Positions 28,561 through 45,540 of a stretch of 64,000 nt of DNA are shown here, in pieces; positions within the stretch are counted from its first letter, which is position 1, and each line of letters starts with the position of its first letter. This stretch comes from the human T2T-CHM13v2.0 reference genome, Homo sapiens: assembly GCF_009914755.1 (NCBI RefSeq), contig NC_060926.1; one strand, 5' to 3'. The notes under the pieces were generated by a model. The model saw only the letters and a program-made list of their open reading frames with translations, searched no databases and had not been told where the DNA came from. A program made the translations under genes and the position numbers.

Positions 28561-30522
28561 TTTATGTATCACATTCCTTTTTATAGCAGACTCTTGACAT
28601 TTGAGAATAATATGTCCAAACCTTCAAGAATCCTCAAATACTGGAAAGAGGGCATGTTTGCATAGGCTTTCTCTCACATCACACTTCCTGTAGCATCATG
28701 CATTTCCTGTACACATCCTCATACCACCTCATCACATTTCAGCTTTTACTGGTGCTTCCTCCTCCCTTTATGTTCGTTTTCCACAACACCATCCTCATTC
28801 CTCCAGAGCTACTAGACACAGAGAAAATCAAGAGCCTGGTGCTGCTGCAGGGAGCAGGTGCCAGGTCCCGGGCTGCTACAATCCGTGCCTCAGTAAAATG
28901 CCAAATTACCACCAAGCATGAGCCTCCAGGGAGGCTCCTGATCAGTGAGAACCACAGTGCTAAATCTAGAGATGCCAAAGGCATGCTGTATCACTCTCTT
29001 GATGATTATTTCTCATAAAAGAAAAACCAACATTAGTGCCTTTCCGCAATCAAAACCTCACCATAGCATCAGGACAAATGACATATGCTGGTGGCAACAG
29101 GAAATTTAAAAAAAAAAAAAGAATGAATCTTCCTATTGACTCAGACTGATGCGGAGTGGCAGACCTCAGCAGAGCAGGCTCAGAATGACAGCTTAGCAGA
29201 CCTGGTGCAGTTATGCATGGTGCCTGGGTGGCTGTCACTGAAGGCCCTTTGAGTACCTCCCCAGATGAAGCCCCAGCTGGATGCCTGAGCTGTTTTTTTA
29301 ACCCTAACAAGATCTGTCATTAAACCTTACTGGAGCCTGACTTTGCCTCTTTCCCTCCAGGCCTTTCTAGTGGTGGTCAAAGGTCACGTCATCCTTCAAC
29401 ACAGGCTTCTGGGCCCCCGGCTTTTGTTCCCCAGACCGCATAGTGATGATGGGCAAACAGCCTCTTGGCCCTTGGAAGACACACATGAAATCAACGAACC
29501 ATGGTCCTTAACAAATGGGCCCCTTCAAGGCCAGCCAGCCAGCTACAACTACTTATGATATTTACAGCTTTCTGTCTGCACAGATTAAACCCAGGGAATG
29601 AAAAATGGACTCCTTAGTCTGGTAAACTTATGTCATTCCTTATTAAGACAAATTGAGAACAGAACTAGATTTTGTTGAGAAACAACTTCTGCTTCTAAAA
29701 ACAATCTGGGGTGAGAATAGGAACATTTCTGGGGACGAGGACTTCTTATACAATATTACTGTTTGGTGACAGTGTTTTCTGATAATTTCATAAACACACT
29801 GTGTTGTTTTCTAGCAACAGAATATATTTTGGCCAAGAACAATATTTATCACTTATTTATTGTCAATTAGTGCTGTAAATAGACACCTTGTGAATGCATT
29901 CCTCAGCAAAGAATCAACATGAAAGCAATAAGACCTTGGCAGCCCAAGTTATCATCTTTTTGTTTGAAATGTGGACATTGTTTCTGAAGACACATCAGCA
30001 CTTTGGATGCTGAGGCTGAGGGAAGTGTTATCTCATTATCTTTTCAATCTAAGAATCATACATCTAAGGGCAGTGAATTTTGGCTGGGTAACCCTTTTTC
30101 CAAAGAAAGCATATGCACGAGCTCAATGCGTTGATTTAAAACCAGAAGTGCTTTGATTCAAGTTAAGTAGGAGGCCAGAGCTTGGCCTGATCAGCAACTG
30201 TACCTGTCCATGCCCACGCCATCCCACAGCCCCCCACCCAAGAGCCTTCCTTGAAGAGGTTCTATAGAGCATAGCTTGAAAATCAGGTCTGTCAAATATG
30301 TCTGGAACTAGTTGCCAGAAGATCAGGGTGCCAGATGAACCTTCTGCAAAACGATGGAGCTTGGGGAACTGCCACAGTCCCACTGTGCCTGGTTTCCTTA
30401 TCTAGTAAACACAACTCTCCTTTTCTGCTGGCCCCAAGGAGCTATAATGAGAATGACTATGGAATAGAGAGGAAAGTGTGTTGATAAGCCCATGTGTGGG
30501 GGTTATAGCTCATAATAGCTGT

Positions 30523-31345
30523 TATTTTAAACAACTTCATTGATGTAATTCACATACCATACAATTCACTCATTGAAAGTGTACAATTCAATGGTTTTAG
30601 TGTATTAACAGAGTTGTATGAACATCGCATTCAATATTAAAATGCTTTCATCACGCCAGAAAGAAACCCCATACTCATTGGCAGTCACTCCCCATTTCTC
30701 CCCAGCCCACACACAGCCCCAGGCAACCACCAATCTACCTTTTATCTGCACAGATTTGCTTATTCTAGATATTTTGTATAAATGGAATCATGTAATACAT
30801 AATTCTTTGTAACAAATTTTTTAAATTTAGCATAATATTTTCAAGATTTATCACTATTTTATTTCCTTTTATTGCAAAATAATATTCCATTGCAGGGATA
30901 CACCCCACTTTGTTTATCCATCTACCAGTCATGAACATTTGGGTTGTTTCCATATTTTGGCTGTGATGAATAATGCTGCTATGAATCTTCATGTACAAGG
31001 GTGTTTTTTTGTTTGTGTTTGTTTTTGTGGACATGTGTTCTTATTTATCTTGGGTGCAATACCTGGGAGTAGAACTGCTGAGTCATGCAGTAGCTCTGGG
31101 TTTAACCTTTTGAGGATTTACTAGGCTGTTTTCCAAAACTGTTGCACCATTTCCCATTCCCACCAGCAATGTATGAGGGTTCTAATTTCTCCACATCTTG
31201 ATCAATATTTGCTATTACCCATCTTTTTGACCTGCCTTTTTGTACTCACCATGCTACTGAGTGCAAAGTAGTATCTCCTTGTGATTTTGATTTGCATTTT
31301 CCTGATGGCTAGTGATGTTCAGCATCTTTTCATGTGTTCATAATG
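30523..31345 (-). mobile_element. L1MB-type 3' end
   Basis: 'aattcacataccatacaattcactcattgaaagtgtacaattcaatgg...cattcccaccagcaatgtatgagggttctaatttctccacatc'. Confidence 0.88.
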
Positions 31346-32009
31346 GGTCTTTACTTTTTAAGATAATGGCAGGAAATTTAACAGAGAAAAGTATCAACAT
31401 AGATAGAACTCCACAAGCACCAATCGTTTTCTATGTGTCAAATGTACTTCTCACTTGAAGACTGGAAAATATTTTTGCTTAAATTATGACAACTATCTGT
31501 CTCCTCCAGTATCCACCCCTCCTTCCCAAATCACCTAACGCCATTACTATGTTTCAAATTGGGCCAAACTCTAATGCAAGAAAGATGTTTTCTTCATTAT
31601 TCTGAAAAACAAATGAGCTCCAAGACCTAGCCAGTAACTCACTTTCTCAACAAATGCCAACATACCAGATCATCCAAATGGCACAAGACTGCCACTCCTC
31701 ACAACCCTGGAGGGCAGGATTCACATGGCAGTCTGTGTGCCTAGCATCCATGGGAGGCAGGCCCCCCACAACACACCTTTATTGGACTGCATCCCTGTGA
31801 GTAGTTCTTTGGTCAATCATGGGAGTGGTTTTGCACTGGCCCAATGGGCATCTACATGGTGGCCAGGTAGGGTGTAAGGGCAGAGTTAGACTGGCTTCAT
31901 GGATCTGTTCTGTTTACCTAACCATTGATTTAACAGGCTTGCCTAGAGGAGTGGCCACCCCAACATCTACAGAAAGTACTTCCTCAGTCACAACCAGTTA
32001 CTGATGACA

Positions 32010-32275
32010 GCTCTGTACAGTGGTTAGGAGCAAGAGCTGGCAATGACTCTTTGATCAAGGAGTCTTGATCAAAGCCCTTCCCCATCTTCTGCAAGCTCCA
32101 TGATCTTACAAAGATTCCTTTATGCTTCTGGATCTTAGTTTCCTCGTCTGCGAAACAGTGTGATTAATAATACATCGCTCAAAGAGTTGCTGTGAAAATT
32201 AAGGCAACAATGTATATAAAACATTTAGCAGAGTGCTTAGTACATAGTAGGTCCCCAGCTGGTGTTTTTATTATT
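32010..32275 (+). mobile_element. MIR, near full length
   Basis: 'cagtggttaggagcaagagc...tcttagtttcctcgtctgcgaaac...gttgctgtgaaaattaag...acatttagcagagtgcttagtacatagtagg'. Confidence 0.8.
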
Positions 32276-32669
32276 TTTATTACCAGCAGTCCACTATTCA
32301 CAAGGATTTCTGGCTTCCAAGTCTTCATATTAACTGTTCCCTTTGTCCAGAATGCTGTTTCATACACTTTTCCCAGTTAATTCCTACTAATCCTCTAACC
32401 TGGCTTACAGGGACCCCTCCTGGAACCCTCCCTTCCCTCTACTCCCAAGAGTAGGTGCCCCACATATGAGCTCACAAGCTCCAGATGGTCCATATCACCC
32501 TGTCTCCAATCGCCTGTGTGCTTGTCTGCACCAGCCAGCAGACACTGGGCTCCCGCAGTTGGTGGGAACTCCATCAATATTTGTCCTCGTTTTGCCAGTC
32601 CCTGAATCTGAGTAGCAGCCTCTTTGCCATCCTCAATGCCTCCTTCAAAGGAAAAGAATCTAATATTTT

Positions 32670-32880
32670 CTGAGTGTTCACCATGTGCCAGTAATTTCCC
32701 TATGTTAGTTCATTAATTTGCCTAATAGAAGATTGGGTGAGGTAGGCATTTCCCTGTTTTTAGGATAAGGAATCAGTGGCTCAGGGGGTTAATTAACGGA
32801 ATTAACTAACCACAGTTTGCCTAAGGTCTCACAGGCACAGGGCTGAGGCTGGCACCCAGAGTCAATGTTTTTGCACCACA
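32670..32880 (-). mobile_element. MIR
   Basis: 'tgagtgttcaccatgtgccag...gataaggaatcagtggctcagggggttaa...ttgcctaaggtctcacag'. Confidence 0.7.
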
Positions 32881-32956
32881 TCCCCAGAGTTTTGCCCTGT
32901 CTTCCTTACGATTCAGTCCCAATTAAGCTACAGGGATCCACAGGCTCACTCAACTA

Positions 32957-33092
32957 CTTTCTCTCTTTCTTTCTTTCTTTCTTTCTTTCTTTCCTTCCTT
33001 CCTTTATTTTTCTTTCTTTCCTTCTTTCTTTCCTTCTTCCTTTCTTGCTCTCTTGCTTTCTCTTTTCTTTCTTTCTGTCTCTCTTTTTTATT
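32957..33092 (+). repeat. CT-rich (TTTC/TTCC)n low-complexity tract
   Basis: Nearly pure polypyrimidine run of ~135 nt. Confidence 0.9.
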
Positions 33093-33238
33093 TGACTTAT
33101 AAGCTACAAACATTTATTTCTCATAGTCTGGAAGCTGGACGTCTGAGATCAGGGTGCCAGCAAAGTCGTGTCCTGGTGAGGGTGCTCCTCCAGGTCGCAG
33201 ACTGCTACCTTCTCCCTGTGCCCTCATAGGGTGAAGGC
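33093..33238 (-). mobile_element. MLT1A-like fragment
   Basis: 'catttatttctcatagtctggaagctggacgtctgagatcagggtgccagca'. Confidence 0.7.
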
Positions 33239-34707
33239 ATCTCAGCTACTTCTTGTTATCGGCCGCCTGAAAGAATACATTTTTTCCCCCGTATGCTTTA
33301 TTATAAAAACACCCAATACTTTACTAAAATGTGCTCCATCTGTCTAGCTGGTTTGGGATGTTTAGGAGGAGTCAGGGACAAATCCTCCCTGGGGGCCTTT
33401 CCCAGGGAGCGCTGAGGTCTGGTAGTCAGAGACGGGTCCTCTGGGGAATCAGAGATGAAGACAACAGAGGAAAGGTGGAGGTTTGGCAGGGAACAGCAGA
33501 CAATGGCTGTGGTTGTGCCTCTGGCTGATGGTTTCCTGAGAGGCTTTGCAGTTTGAGCTGTTACACATCTGCTCTGGGTCAGTGTCCCCAGACCTTCTCT
33601 GTGCTGCCCCAGCCCGGACTATTCACGAGGAATCACATGGGATTGTAAACCCCTGGGGCTTGGAGGCACCTCTCCTCCTCATGGGGAGACTGTCATAAAG
33701 GTGGCTGCTTCCAGGGAAAGGCTGTGGCTGTACACAAGGACTCATTTTTCCGTCAAAATGAAGAACTCCAGAAGCGCACATGTATTTGGCAGCACATCTA
33801 CTATTCGCCAGCATCTGTTTTGTGCAACATGATTGTTAATGAACTGAAAAGGATCCTGCTGCTGCTGCTGCTGTTATTTTGAGGACACAGGAAGCAAAAT
33901 CAGGAATTCATTTGTTCCTTAGTTTGTTCAACAAATCTGTACTGAGCACCTCCTCTTTGCAAAGTAAAGAAGAGAAAAAAATGAGATGAGGTTATGTTCT
34001 GGGTCCTCCAGACAAGTGTTGGGGGAAAGGCTGTATTTGTGAGGAACTGTCGTATCTGTGCATCTCATGCACATTGAGCCCTCAACAAAGGAAGGGACCC
34101 AGCTACAGCAAATCGGTCTGCATCGAGGAGGTGAAGAGTAGAATCTCCGCAGGCCAGCAAGCAACAAAAAGCACTCCAGGTGGAGGGAAAAGCATTAACA
34201 AACGTGGAGAAGGGAAAGCAGAACATATGAGAGAATTGCAAGTGATTTCTTTTTGACTGAAACAAAATTATATGAAGGAAGGAAATAATTCTGGCAATGC
34301 AATTGGAGCAGGATCCTAAGGGCCTTGAATGTCACACTAAGAAGTTTGCAAGCCACCAAATAGCTTAAGTAAATGATAGAGTGTCCTGACTGGGACTATA
34401 TTTCAGAAAGATAAATTTGCAAACAGCATACAAGATGGACAATGGTCAAGGTGGGAGAGAATAAAACCAAATATAACAGAATCTGATAAGAGGCTTGCAT
34501 CAATCAGCATAGACTTAATTATATTATAGTAACAGACAACCCTCAAATCATAGCAGCTGAAACAATAAGCGTTTATTTCTTGCTCACGCTATATGTCACT
34601 TGTGAGTTGGCTAGAGGCTCTGCTCTTCATACCCTCTCTCCCAAATCCAAAGTGTCAAAGAAGCTAGGATTGCAAATACTGCCAGATGCTTTGACAGAAG
34701 GGAAGTT

Positions 34708-36210
<1,503 letters not shown>

Positions 36211-37241
36211 AAAAAATGGAAGTGAACATTGCCTTAGAGCACTTAATGTTCCTAAAAAAAAAAAATGGCTTCCAATTTCATCTAGCTGAATTGTACATTA
36301 GGCATCCTTATATCCCACAGAAGAACCAGAAATGCATGCCTGGCCTTTCCTGGTTTCTGTACACATAAGAAGAGTAAGCAAAATGTTTGCACTACCTCTG
36401 ACTTCAGCCAATACCCAGGGTCTTACTGAGGGTCCACCCATTATACTCATTGGACTCCTAAGGATGTCTGTTGTCCTGGATGAAGAATGTAACAGGGCAT
36501 TTTTGGTGGCTTATCAAAAGCTGCTATTCCCAACACCCACTGCTTGGTACAGAACTCTGGAGGAAAGAGATGGGAAATGTTAATGGGGCTCAAGATGCTT
36601 CTAAGGAGGAAATGGACCATGACCTGCAGCTTTTCCCTTAAGGAAACCAACGTTATTAGATTCTTTGTAATATACTGAGCTTTAACAGATGTTCTCAGTC
36701 AAGAAAGGACACCAGTTAGAATCTCAACAGGTGTGAAAGGAGTCTAGAACAAAGACTGGCTCAGGGGCAGGCCCTTGGCTGTGGTAGAGGGAATAGTAGA
36801 GACCATCCAGGTGTCCCTCATGGTCCCAGGACAGGAGCAAGCAGGATGGTAAAGAACACTCACCGACTTAGGTGTCTATACGGTGGAAAGCCTCCTAAGA
36901 AGGACAACCTAGAATTCCTGCCCAGAGCACACAATAAAGATACTGTATAAAATGGTATGACTGAGGCACAGCTTTGTTTGCTGGTTCAGGATATTTAGAC
37001 CTCATGCTTAACTAAAACCTGCCAGCAAGCAATTCTCCAATGCCAGTTTTAATGAGATATCACCTGTTAATTCTGTAAAGATAATTATCTTCAGTTGAAT
37101 TTAAGATTAGCATTATGGTATTACTGGAAGCATCATGAAATGTATATCTACCTTCATTATTTCTGGAAGAGAAATTGCAGATAGAAAAAAACTTTTTATT
37201 GCCATAATCACTGCAGTTGTTTATTGAATGACAGCAAGTCA

Positions 37242-37994
<753 letters not shown>

Positions 37995-38213
37995 GCCCCC
38001 AACATAAACATGGTTCTGTCTGCTTCAAGGAAGATCCTTTTGCATGTTCCATAGCTTGTTCTCAAACTGCCCATATGATAACTCAATTAATCTCCACTTT
38101 TCCATTTTCAAACACCCAAGAAACCTAAATCTGAAATTGTTATTTGACCTCATGATCGTAAACACAAGCACTAACACTGAAATCATGAGGTCATATCTAA
38201 GGATCTTCTACAG

Positions 38214-38420
38214 CAAAGGTAGGAAATTTTTCTGTAAAGTGCCAGATGGTAATTATTTTAGGCTTCATGGGCTATACATTTTCTGTCACAACTACTCAAC
38301 TCTGCACCATAAGACATTATGTAAACACGTAGGCATGGTTGTGTTCCAGTAAAACTTGTTTTACAAATAAACAGGTGGTGAGCCAAAGTTAGTCCAAGGG
38401 CCATAGCTGGCTGAGCTCTG
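38214..38420 (+). mobile_element. MER58A
   Basis: 'tttttctgtaaagtgccagatggtaattattttaggc...caactactcaactctgc...gtgttccagtaaaactt'. Confidence 0.85.
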
Positions 38421-38454
38421 TCTAGAACACCCTTAAATTGCCTTAAATTTTATA

Positions 38455-39102
38455 CAGTAGTCTACCCTTATCCACAAGGAGTATGTTCCAAGACCCCCAG
38501 TGGATGCCTGAAACCTCGGATAGTACGGAGTCCTATATATACTATACATACTGTTTTTTCTGTATGTACATACCTATGTTAAAGTTTGAGGCATGACAAC
38601 AAAACCAGCACAGATTTCTTCTTCCCTCTCCACAATTTCACAGATAGAAGGTTGGTTCTCACTACAGATCCTAGCAACCTCAGCATATAATTGTTTTTCT
38701 TTCCTTATTAACTCAAGGACTTTTACCTTTTCACTTAAAGGAAACACTCTACCACTTTACAACATCTCTTTGGCATATCTGAATTGCCAGCATCAGTACT
38801 CTTGTACTTTGGGGCCATTATTAAGTGAAATAAGGGTTACTTGGACTCAAGCATTGTGATACCATGACAGTTGAGATGTGGCTACTGGTTAAGTGGTGAA
38901 TACATTGTGAATATGCTGGACAAAGGGACAATTCACATCCTGGGCAGGACAGAGCAGGATGGCTCAAGATTTTATCACACTACTCAGAACTGCATGCAAT
39001 TTCAAACTTATTGTTTATTTCTGGGATTTTCCACTTAATATTTTCAGACCATGGGTAACTAAAGCCACAAAAAGAAAAAGCACAGTTAATGGGGGACTAC
39101 TG
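38455..39102 (-). mobile_element. MER44 (Tigger7-derived TcMar) element
   Basis: TIRs cagtagtctacccttatcc.../...taatgggggactactg, flanked by TA on both sides. Confidence 0.85.
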
Positions 39103-42100
39103 TATTATAATTAAAATACAAACATAAAATTGTAAAATTATCTTACAGAACTCTTGAACTTTTGAGAAGGTGGATCTAGGGACTTGTTCGAGAAGTGCTT
39201 GCCTGAGGAAGCCAGAATATGGATACACACCAGGAGAGGAGAACTTTGACACACTTTGTGAGGCAAAGTACATACTGTGAAAATGACCTCAGATGGCCCC
39301 TGAGGATAAAGGTTTGAATTTGCTATGCCTGTGGCCCCCGTTGGGTCTAGTGTAATGTCTTAGCAACAGAGGGTGCTCAATAAATGACAGTCAAATGGAT
39401 CAAGTAAAAATCAACAGAGGACTTCCAGTTTAAGCTCTTACATGTAAAGAGCTTGGAAGTCATCACTCCTGTCTTCACAATGAGAAAAAAGCTGAACAAA
39501 TGAAAAATCAACAACTTTTTTTGGAACCATCAGAGAAGTGAAATTGCAGGGCAAATCGCCCATCCCAAAATCTGGAGAGACTGGTGAATACGGAAAATCA
39601 TAGCCGAGATCAGCTTACCTGAAGCAGAAGCCACTAGAGCCAGTAACTGGGAACATTTTGATGGTAATTTTGAAGAATTGATGGAGGCAGAGTGTGGACT
39701 ACTTAAGGTTTAAAAACCCTGGGGGCCTAGCCTTGGGGTGGCAGTAGGGGTATGCAGGCTTTCCTGGTTTTTACCTCAAGGATCTCCAGCAGGTCCTCAC
39801 AGTGCAGAATGAAGGAAAAATCTCTAGTAGTGGAGGGTAAACAATAGGGGAATACAACAGGGGAAAAGTAACAGAGGGGAACCATGCCCAGGGCATCTTC
39901 ATAACAAAAGCCTGTGCTCTAAGAGAAAGCACTTTACCAGAGCCCTATCTGGTCTAGGGGAAGAGAAATTAGCCAGTTCTAATCCCTCTGGGCTTCTTGT
40001 CTCATAGAAGGAAAGGGAAAGGGCTAGGAATGCTTCTGAAGGTCACAGTCCGGAGATTCAGGCCCACTTTCTTAAAAGGGGGGATTTAATCTTAAGATTA
40101 TGCAATGCTTCCCTATTCCCACTCTCCTCATGTCAGCAGGGCTCTAGTATAACAACAGTGCAGTGCAGCAGAGAGAGCTGCACAGCTCAGATTCCATTTA
40201 AAAAGGAGTTCTTGGGGAGATGTAAAGACAACAGGAAAGAAGATAAAGGAAAGTGAAGCCTCTGGCACCCACAGCTACAAAAGGCATTAAACACAGCCCA
40301 GCTCCTAGCCTGTTACTAGAAAACTTCACTCCAAAAGTCAATTTTCTCAGTTTCTTTACCTAGCACATCATGTCTAGCTTTCAACAAAGAACTAAAAGAT
40401 ATACTAAAAGGAAATTTTTAAAAAACACAGGCTAAAGAGACAAAACAAGCATAAGAATAAGGCTTGGTTATAACATAGATTTTGAGATTATCAAATAGGG
40501 AATTTAAAATAGCTATGATTAATAAGTTAAAGAATCCAAAGGAAAGTGAGCCAACATACAAGAACAGATGAATAATGCAAACAAGGGATGGGACATCTAA
40601 AAAGAATCAAAAGGAAATCTGAGAAATCAAAAATATTGTCATAGAAATGCAGAATGCATTTGATGGGCTCATCATTAGACTGAACACAGTTGAGGGAAAA
40701 AATCAATGAGACTGAAGAAATGTCTATAGAAACTTCCCAAAACAAAAATACAAAGAGAAAGAAGGATGAAAAAATATGAAACAGAATACCCAAAAACTGT
40801 AGGACAATTACAAAGGGTATAACATATGTGAAATGAAACTGGTGAAAGAAGAAAAAGAAAAGGGAACAGAAGGTATATTTGACATAGTAATAGCTGAGAA
40901 ATTCCCAAAATTAATGACAAACACCAAACCACAGATCCAGGAAGCTCAGAGAACACTAAACACGTTAAATAGCTAAAAATAAATACTTAGGCATATTGCA
41001 CTGCAGAAAACCAAAGATATGGAGAAAATTTTGAAGGAAAAAAAGTTAACCTGTAGAAGAAGAAAGATAAAAATCATATCATGCTTATCTTCAGAAACCA
41101 TCCAAGAAAGAAGACAGTGGGGTGAAATATTTCAAGTATTGAAAAAAAAAAAACAAAACACCAACCTACAGTCCTGTATCCAGTGAAATATCCTTCAAAA
41201 GTGAAGGATAAATAAGACTTTCTCAGACAAACAAAAAACTGAGGGAATTTGTTGTGAGTAGACTTACCTGTTCAAGACTTGCCTTGCCTTGCCTTCCAAG
41301 TGAAGGAAAATTATATAGGTCGGAAACTCAGATCAACATTTTAAAAAGGAAGAGCACCAGAGAAGGAACAAATGAAGAAGAAAGTAACATTCTTCATTTT
41401 TCTTATTCTTAACTGATCTAATAGATGACAATTTGTTCAGAGTACTAATAGTAACAATGTACTGGGTGATTATAATGTATGTATAAGTAAAGTAAACAGC
41501 AGCAATGTTATAAGGGAAGGAAGGAAAGAACTTTGAATATTCTGTTATAACAAAACTGCACTACCTAGGAAGCAGTATACTATTATTGGAAAGTAGACTT
41601 GATCAGTTGTAAATGTATATAGCAAACTCTAGGGTAACTACTAGAAAACAATTTTTAAGATGTGTGATTGATATGCTAAAAAAAATAGAAAAATTTATAG
41701 CATTATATCCATATATTGGGAAAGAAGAAAGATCTAAAACCAATCATCTAAGATCCCACATTAGGAAACTTAAAAAAGGAGAGCAATATAAACCTAAAAC
41801 AAGCATAAAGAGTAAAATAATAAAAATTAGAATAGAAATCATGAAATTGAAAACAAATTAATAGAGAAAACAACAAAACCAAAATCTGGTTCTTTGAAAA
41901 TGTCTGTAGAACTGATAAACTTCTAGCTTAGCTAACCAAGAGCAAAAAAGAGAAGGCACAGATTACTAACATCAGAAATGAAAGAGGGATCAATACTACT
42001 AATCCCATGGACATTTAAATGATACTTTTAAATATGTATGAACAATTCTATGCTCACAAATTTGGTAACTTGGTAGAAATGGACCAATTCTTTGAAAGAC

Positions 42101-43754
42101 ACAAACTATTAATACCAAAACTCACACATGAAGAATAGAATATCTGAATAGGGCTATATTTATTAAAGAAATTTAATCAACAATTAATAACTTTCCAAAA
42201 AAAAGAATGCACCATGCCCAAATGTCACCAATAAATTTTACCATTTTTAAAGAAATAACAATTCCCTACAAGTTCTTTAAAAAATAAAAGCAGAAGGAAC
42301 CTTCTTAACTTATTCTATGAGGCCAGCATTACCCTAACACCAAAACCAGATAAACGCATTGTAATAAAGAAAAACAGACCAATCAATATCTCTCATGAAC
42401 ATAGATACAAACCTTCCAACAAAATACTAGAAAATCAAATAAAACAATATGTAAAAAGAATGATACAATATGCCTGAATGAAATTTAATCCAAGTATGCA
42501 AGCTTGGCTTAACATTTTAAAACCAATTAATGTAATTATAACATTAACAACCTAAAGAAGAAAAATCTTATGATCATATCAACAGATGCAGAAAAAGCAT
42601 CTGAAAAAATTCAATACCCATTCATGATAAAACTGTCAGCAAACTAGAAATAGAGGGAAAGGTTCTCAACTTGATAAAGAACAGCTACAAAAAAACCCCA
42701 CAGCTAACATTTTATGTAATAATGGAAAACTAGATGCTTTCCCCCTAAGATCACAAATAAAGCAAGGATGTCTCCTCTCACTGCTCATATTCAAAATCAC
42801 ACTGGAAGTCATAATTTGTGAAATAATAAATAAGGAGATAAACACTATACAAATTATCAAAGAAGAAATAAAGCTGTCTTTTGTTTGCAGATGACATGAT
42901 TGTCTACATAGAAAATCCCAAAGACTCAACAAGATCAACAACAACAACAACAACAAACCCTCCTGGAACTAATAAGTGATTATAACAAAGTTTCAGGAAA
43001 CAAGGTTAATATATAAAAGACAAATCTTTCCTATATACCGTCAATGAACAATTGGAATAAGAAATTAAAAGCACAATACCATTTCCATTAGCGCACACAC
43101 ACACAAGGAAATACCTAGGTATAAATCTAACAATATATATACAGGATCTGTGAGGAAAACTATAATATTCTGATGAAATAAATTTTAAAAGATAGAAATA
43201 AATTTTAAAAGATCAAAATAAATGATATTTAATCATCTATAAATATCCAAATTTACACGTATACAAATTTACAAAATATTTATCTGTAAATTTGGTATTT
43301 AAATATTAGAGATATTCTATGTTCATAAACAGGAGGAGTTAATATTGTTAAAACATTGATTATTTTCAACTTAATTTATGGATTCAATGTACTCCAAATC
43401 AAAATCCCAGCAACATATTGTGTTGCTATCAACAAACTGCTCCTAAAGTTTATATGGAAAAGCAGAAGTTTATATGGAAAGGCAAAAGACCCATTTATTA
43501 TTTTATGAATTAGCCACAGAATACAGAAGAAGAATAAGGTAAGAGGACTGACACTACCCAACTTCAAGCTCCAGTAATCAAAATGTCTTGATATTGGAGA
43601 AAGTATAGGCAAATAGATTAGAACAGAATAGAGTCCAGAAATAGACCCACACAAATATAGTTAACTAATCCTTGACAAAGGAACAAAGGCAATTCAGTCA
43701 ATAAAGAATAGTCTTTTCAACAAATGATGTTGGAAAAATTGAACATCCATAAGT

Positions 43755-43921
43755 AAAAGAAAGAAGAAAGAAGGAAGAAGGAAGGAAGGAAGGAGATGGA
43801 GAGAGGAGAAGGAGGGAGAAGAAGGAGGGAGGGAGGGAGAAGGAAGGTAGGAAGGAAGGAAGGAAGGAAGGAAGGAAGGAAGGAAGGAAGGAAGGAAGGA
43901 AGGAAGAAAGGAAGGAAGGAG
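43755..43921 (+). repeat. (GGAA)n / GA-rich tract
   Basis: Almost pure purine tract with a core of about 14 GGAA units at ~43849-43904. Confidence 0.95.
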
Positions 43922-44358
43922 CAAAGACCTGAATCAATACCCAACTTAAAAAAAAAAAACCATACAGAAGCACATGAAAAGATGCTCAGTATCATGTGTC
44001 ATTAGGGAAGTTGCAAATTAAAACAACAGTGAGACACTACACACCTATTAGAAAGGCTAAAATACAAAAAATACTGACAGTACCAAATGCCGGTTAAAAC
44101 ACAGAAAAACAGAAATTCTTGTTTCTTGCTAGTGGGAATGCAAAATTGTACAACCGCTTTGGAAGACCATTTGGCAGTTTTTTCCAAAGCTAAACACAAC
44201 CTTATCATACGTTCCAGCAATCATGCTCCTAGGTTTTTGCCCAGTTGGTTTTAAAATTTATGTCCCCACAAAAACTTACAAATGTTTATAGCAGTTTTTG
44301 CAATAAGTAAAATCACAATCACCAAAAACTGGATGGCCTTCAATAGGTGAACGAATTA

Positions 44359-44722
<364 letters not shown>

Positions 44723-45509
44723 CTATGAAGCTATAAAAAGGTATGAAGAAACCTTAAATGCATATTGCTAAGTGAAAGAAGCCAGTCTTAAAAGGTTACA
44801 TACTGTATCATTCCATCTAGATGGCATTCTGGAATGGCAAAACTATGGAGATAGTAAAAAAAAAAAAAAAAAAAAAAAAAAGTCAGTGGTTGCCAGAGGT
44901 TGGGAGACGGAAGGGGAAGAGAGATGAATCGGTGAAGCACGGGGGATTTTTAGGGCAATAAATCTCTTCTCTATGATACTGTAATGATGGATATATGACA
45001 TTATACATTTGTCTAAACCAATAGAACTATACAACACAAAGATGGACTTCAATGTAAACTATGAACTTTAGTTACTAATACTGTATCAGTATTTTTTCAT
45101 TAACTGCAGCAAATGTTCCACACTAATACACGGTGTTAATAACAGGGATATAGTAGAACACGTGGGGAGAGGAGGTTCTGTACTATGAGCTCAATTTTTT
45201 GGTAAATCTAAAACTGTTCTAAAAAATAAAATCTAATAATCCCTTAAAAATCAACACGGTAAATTGCCACATGTAAGATTCACAGAATAAAAGAATGATT
45301 TTACAAAAAGAATGATAAAGATCAAATAGTTTCAGAGCTAGCAGAGGCCTTAGAACTGGTCATCCTCTCACCAAATCTTCACTGGGCAGTTACAGAGTGT
45401 CACTGTCTGCATGAGGCACTGCAAGTATAGTGAAAACTAAGACAGCCCCTGTCACAATATAGTATTAAGGGAAAAAGTTCAAATGATTTCATTTTTGATG
45501 TGTGTATGT

Positions 45510-45539
<30 letters not shown>
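45510..45539 (+). repeat. (GA)n microsatellite
   Basis: Read directly. Confidence 0.9.

Positions 45540-45540
<1 letters not shown>

Noticed and set aside
33857-33873. (CTG)5 tract
   Set aside because: Too short to be notable and not in an evident exon.
43694-44005. Overlapping ORFs with (LPSF)n or (RKEG)n
   Set aside because: Translation of the GGAA microsatellite.
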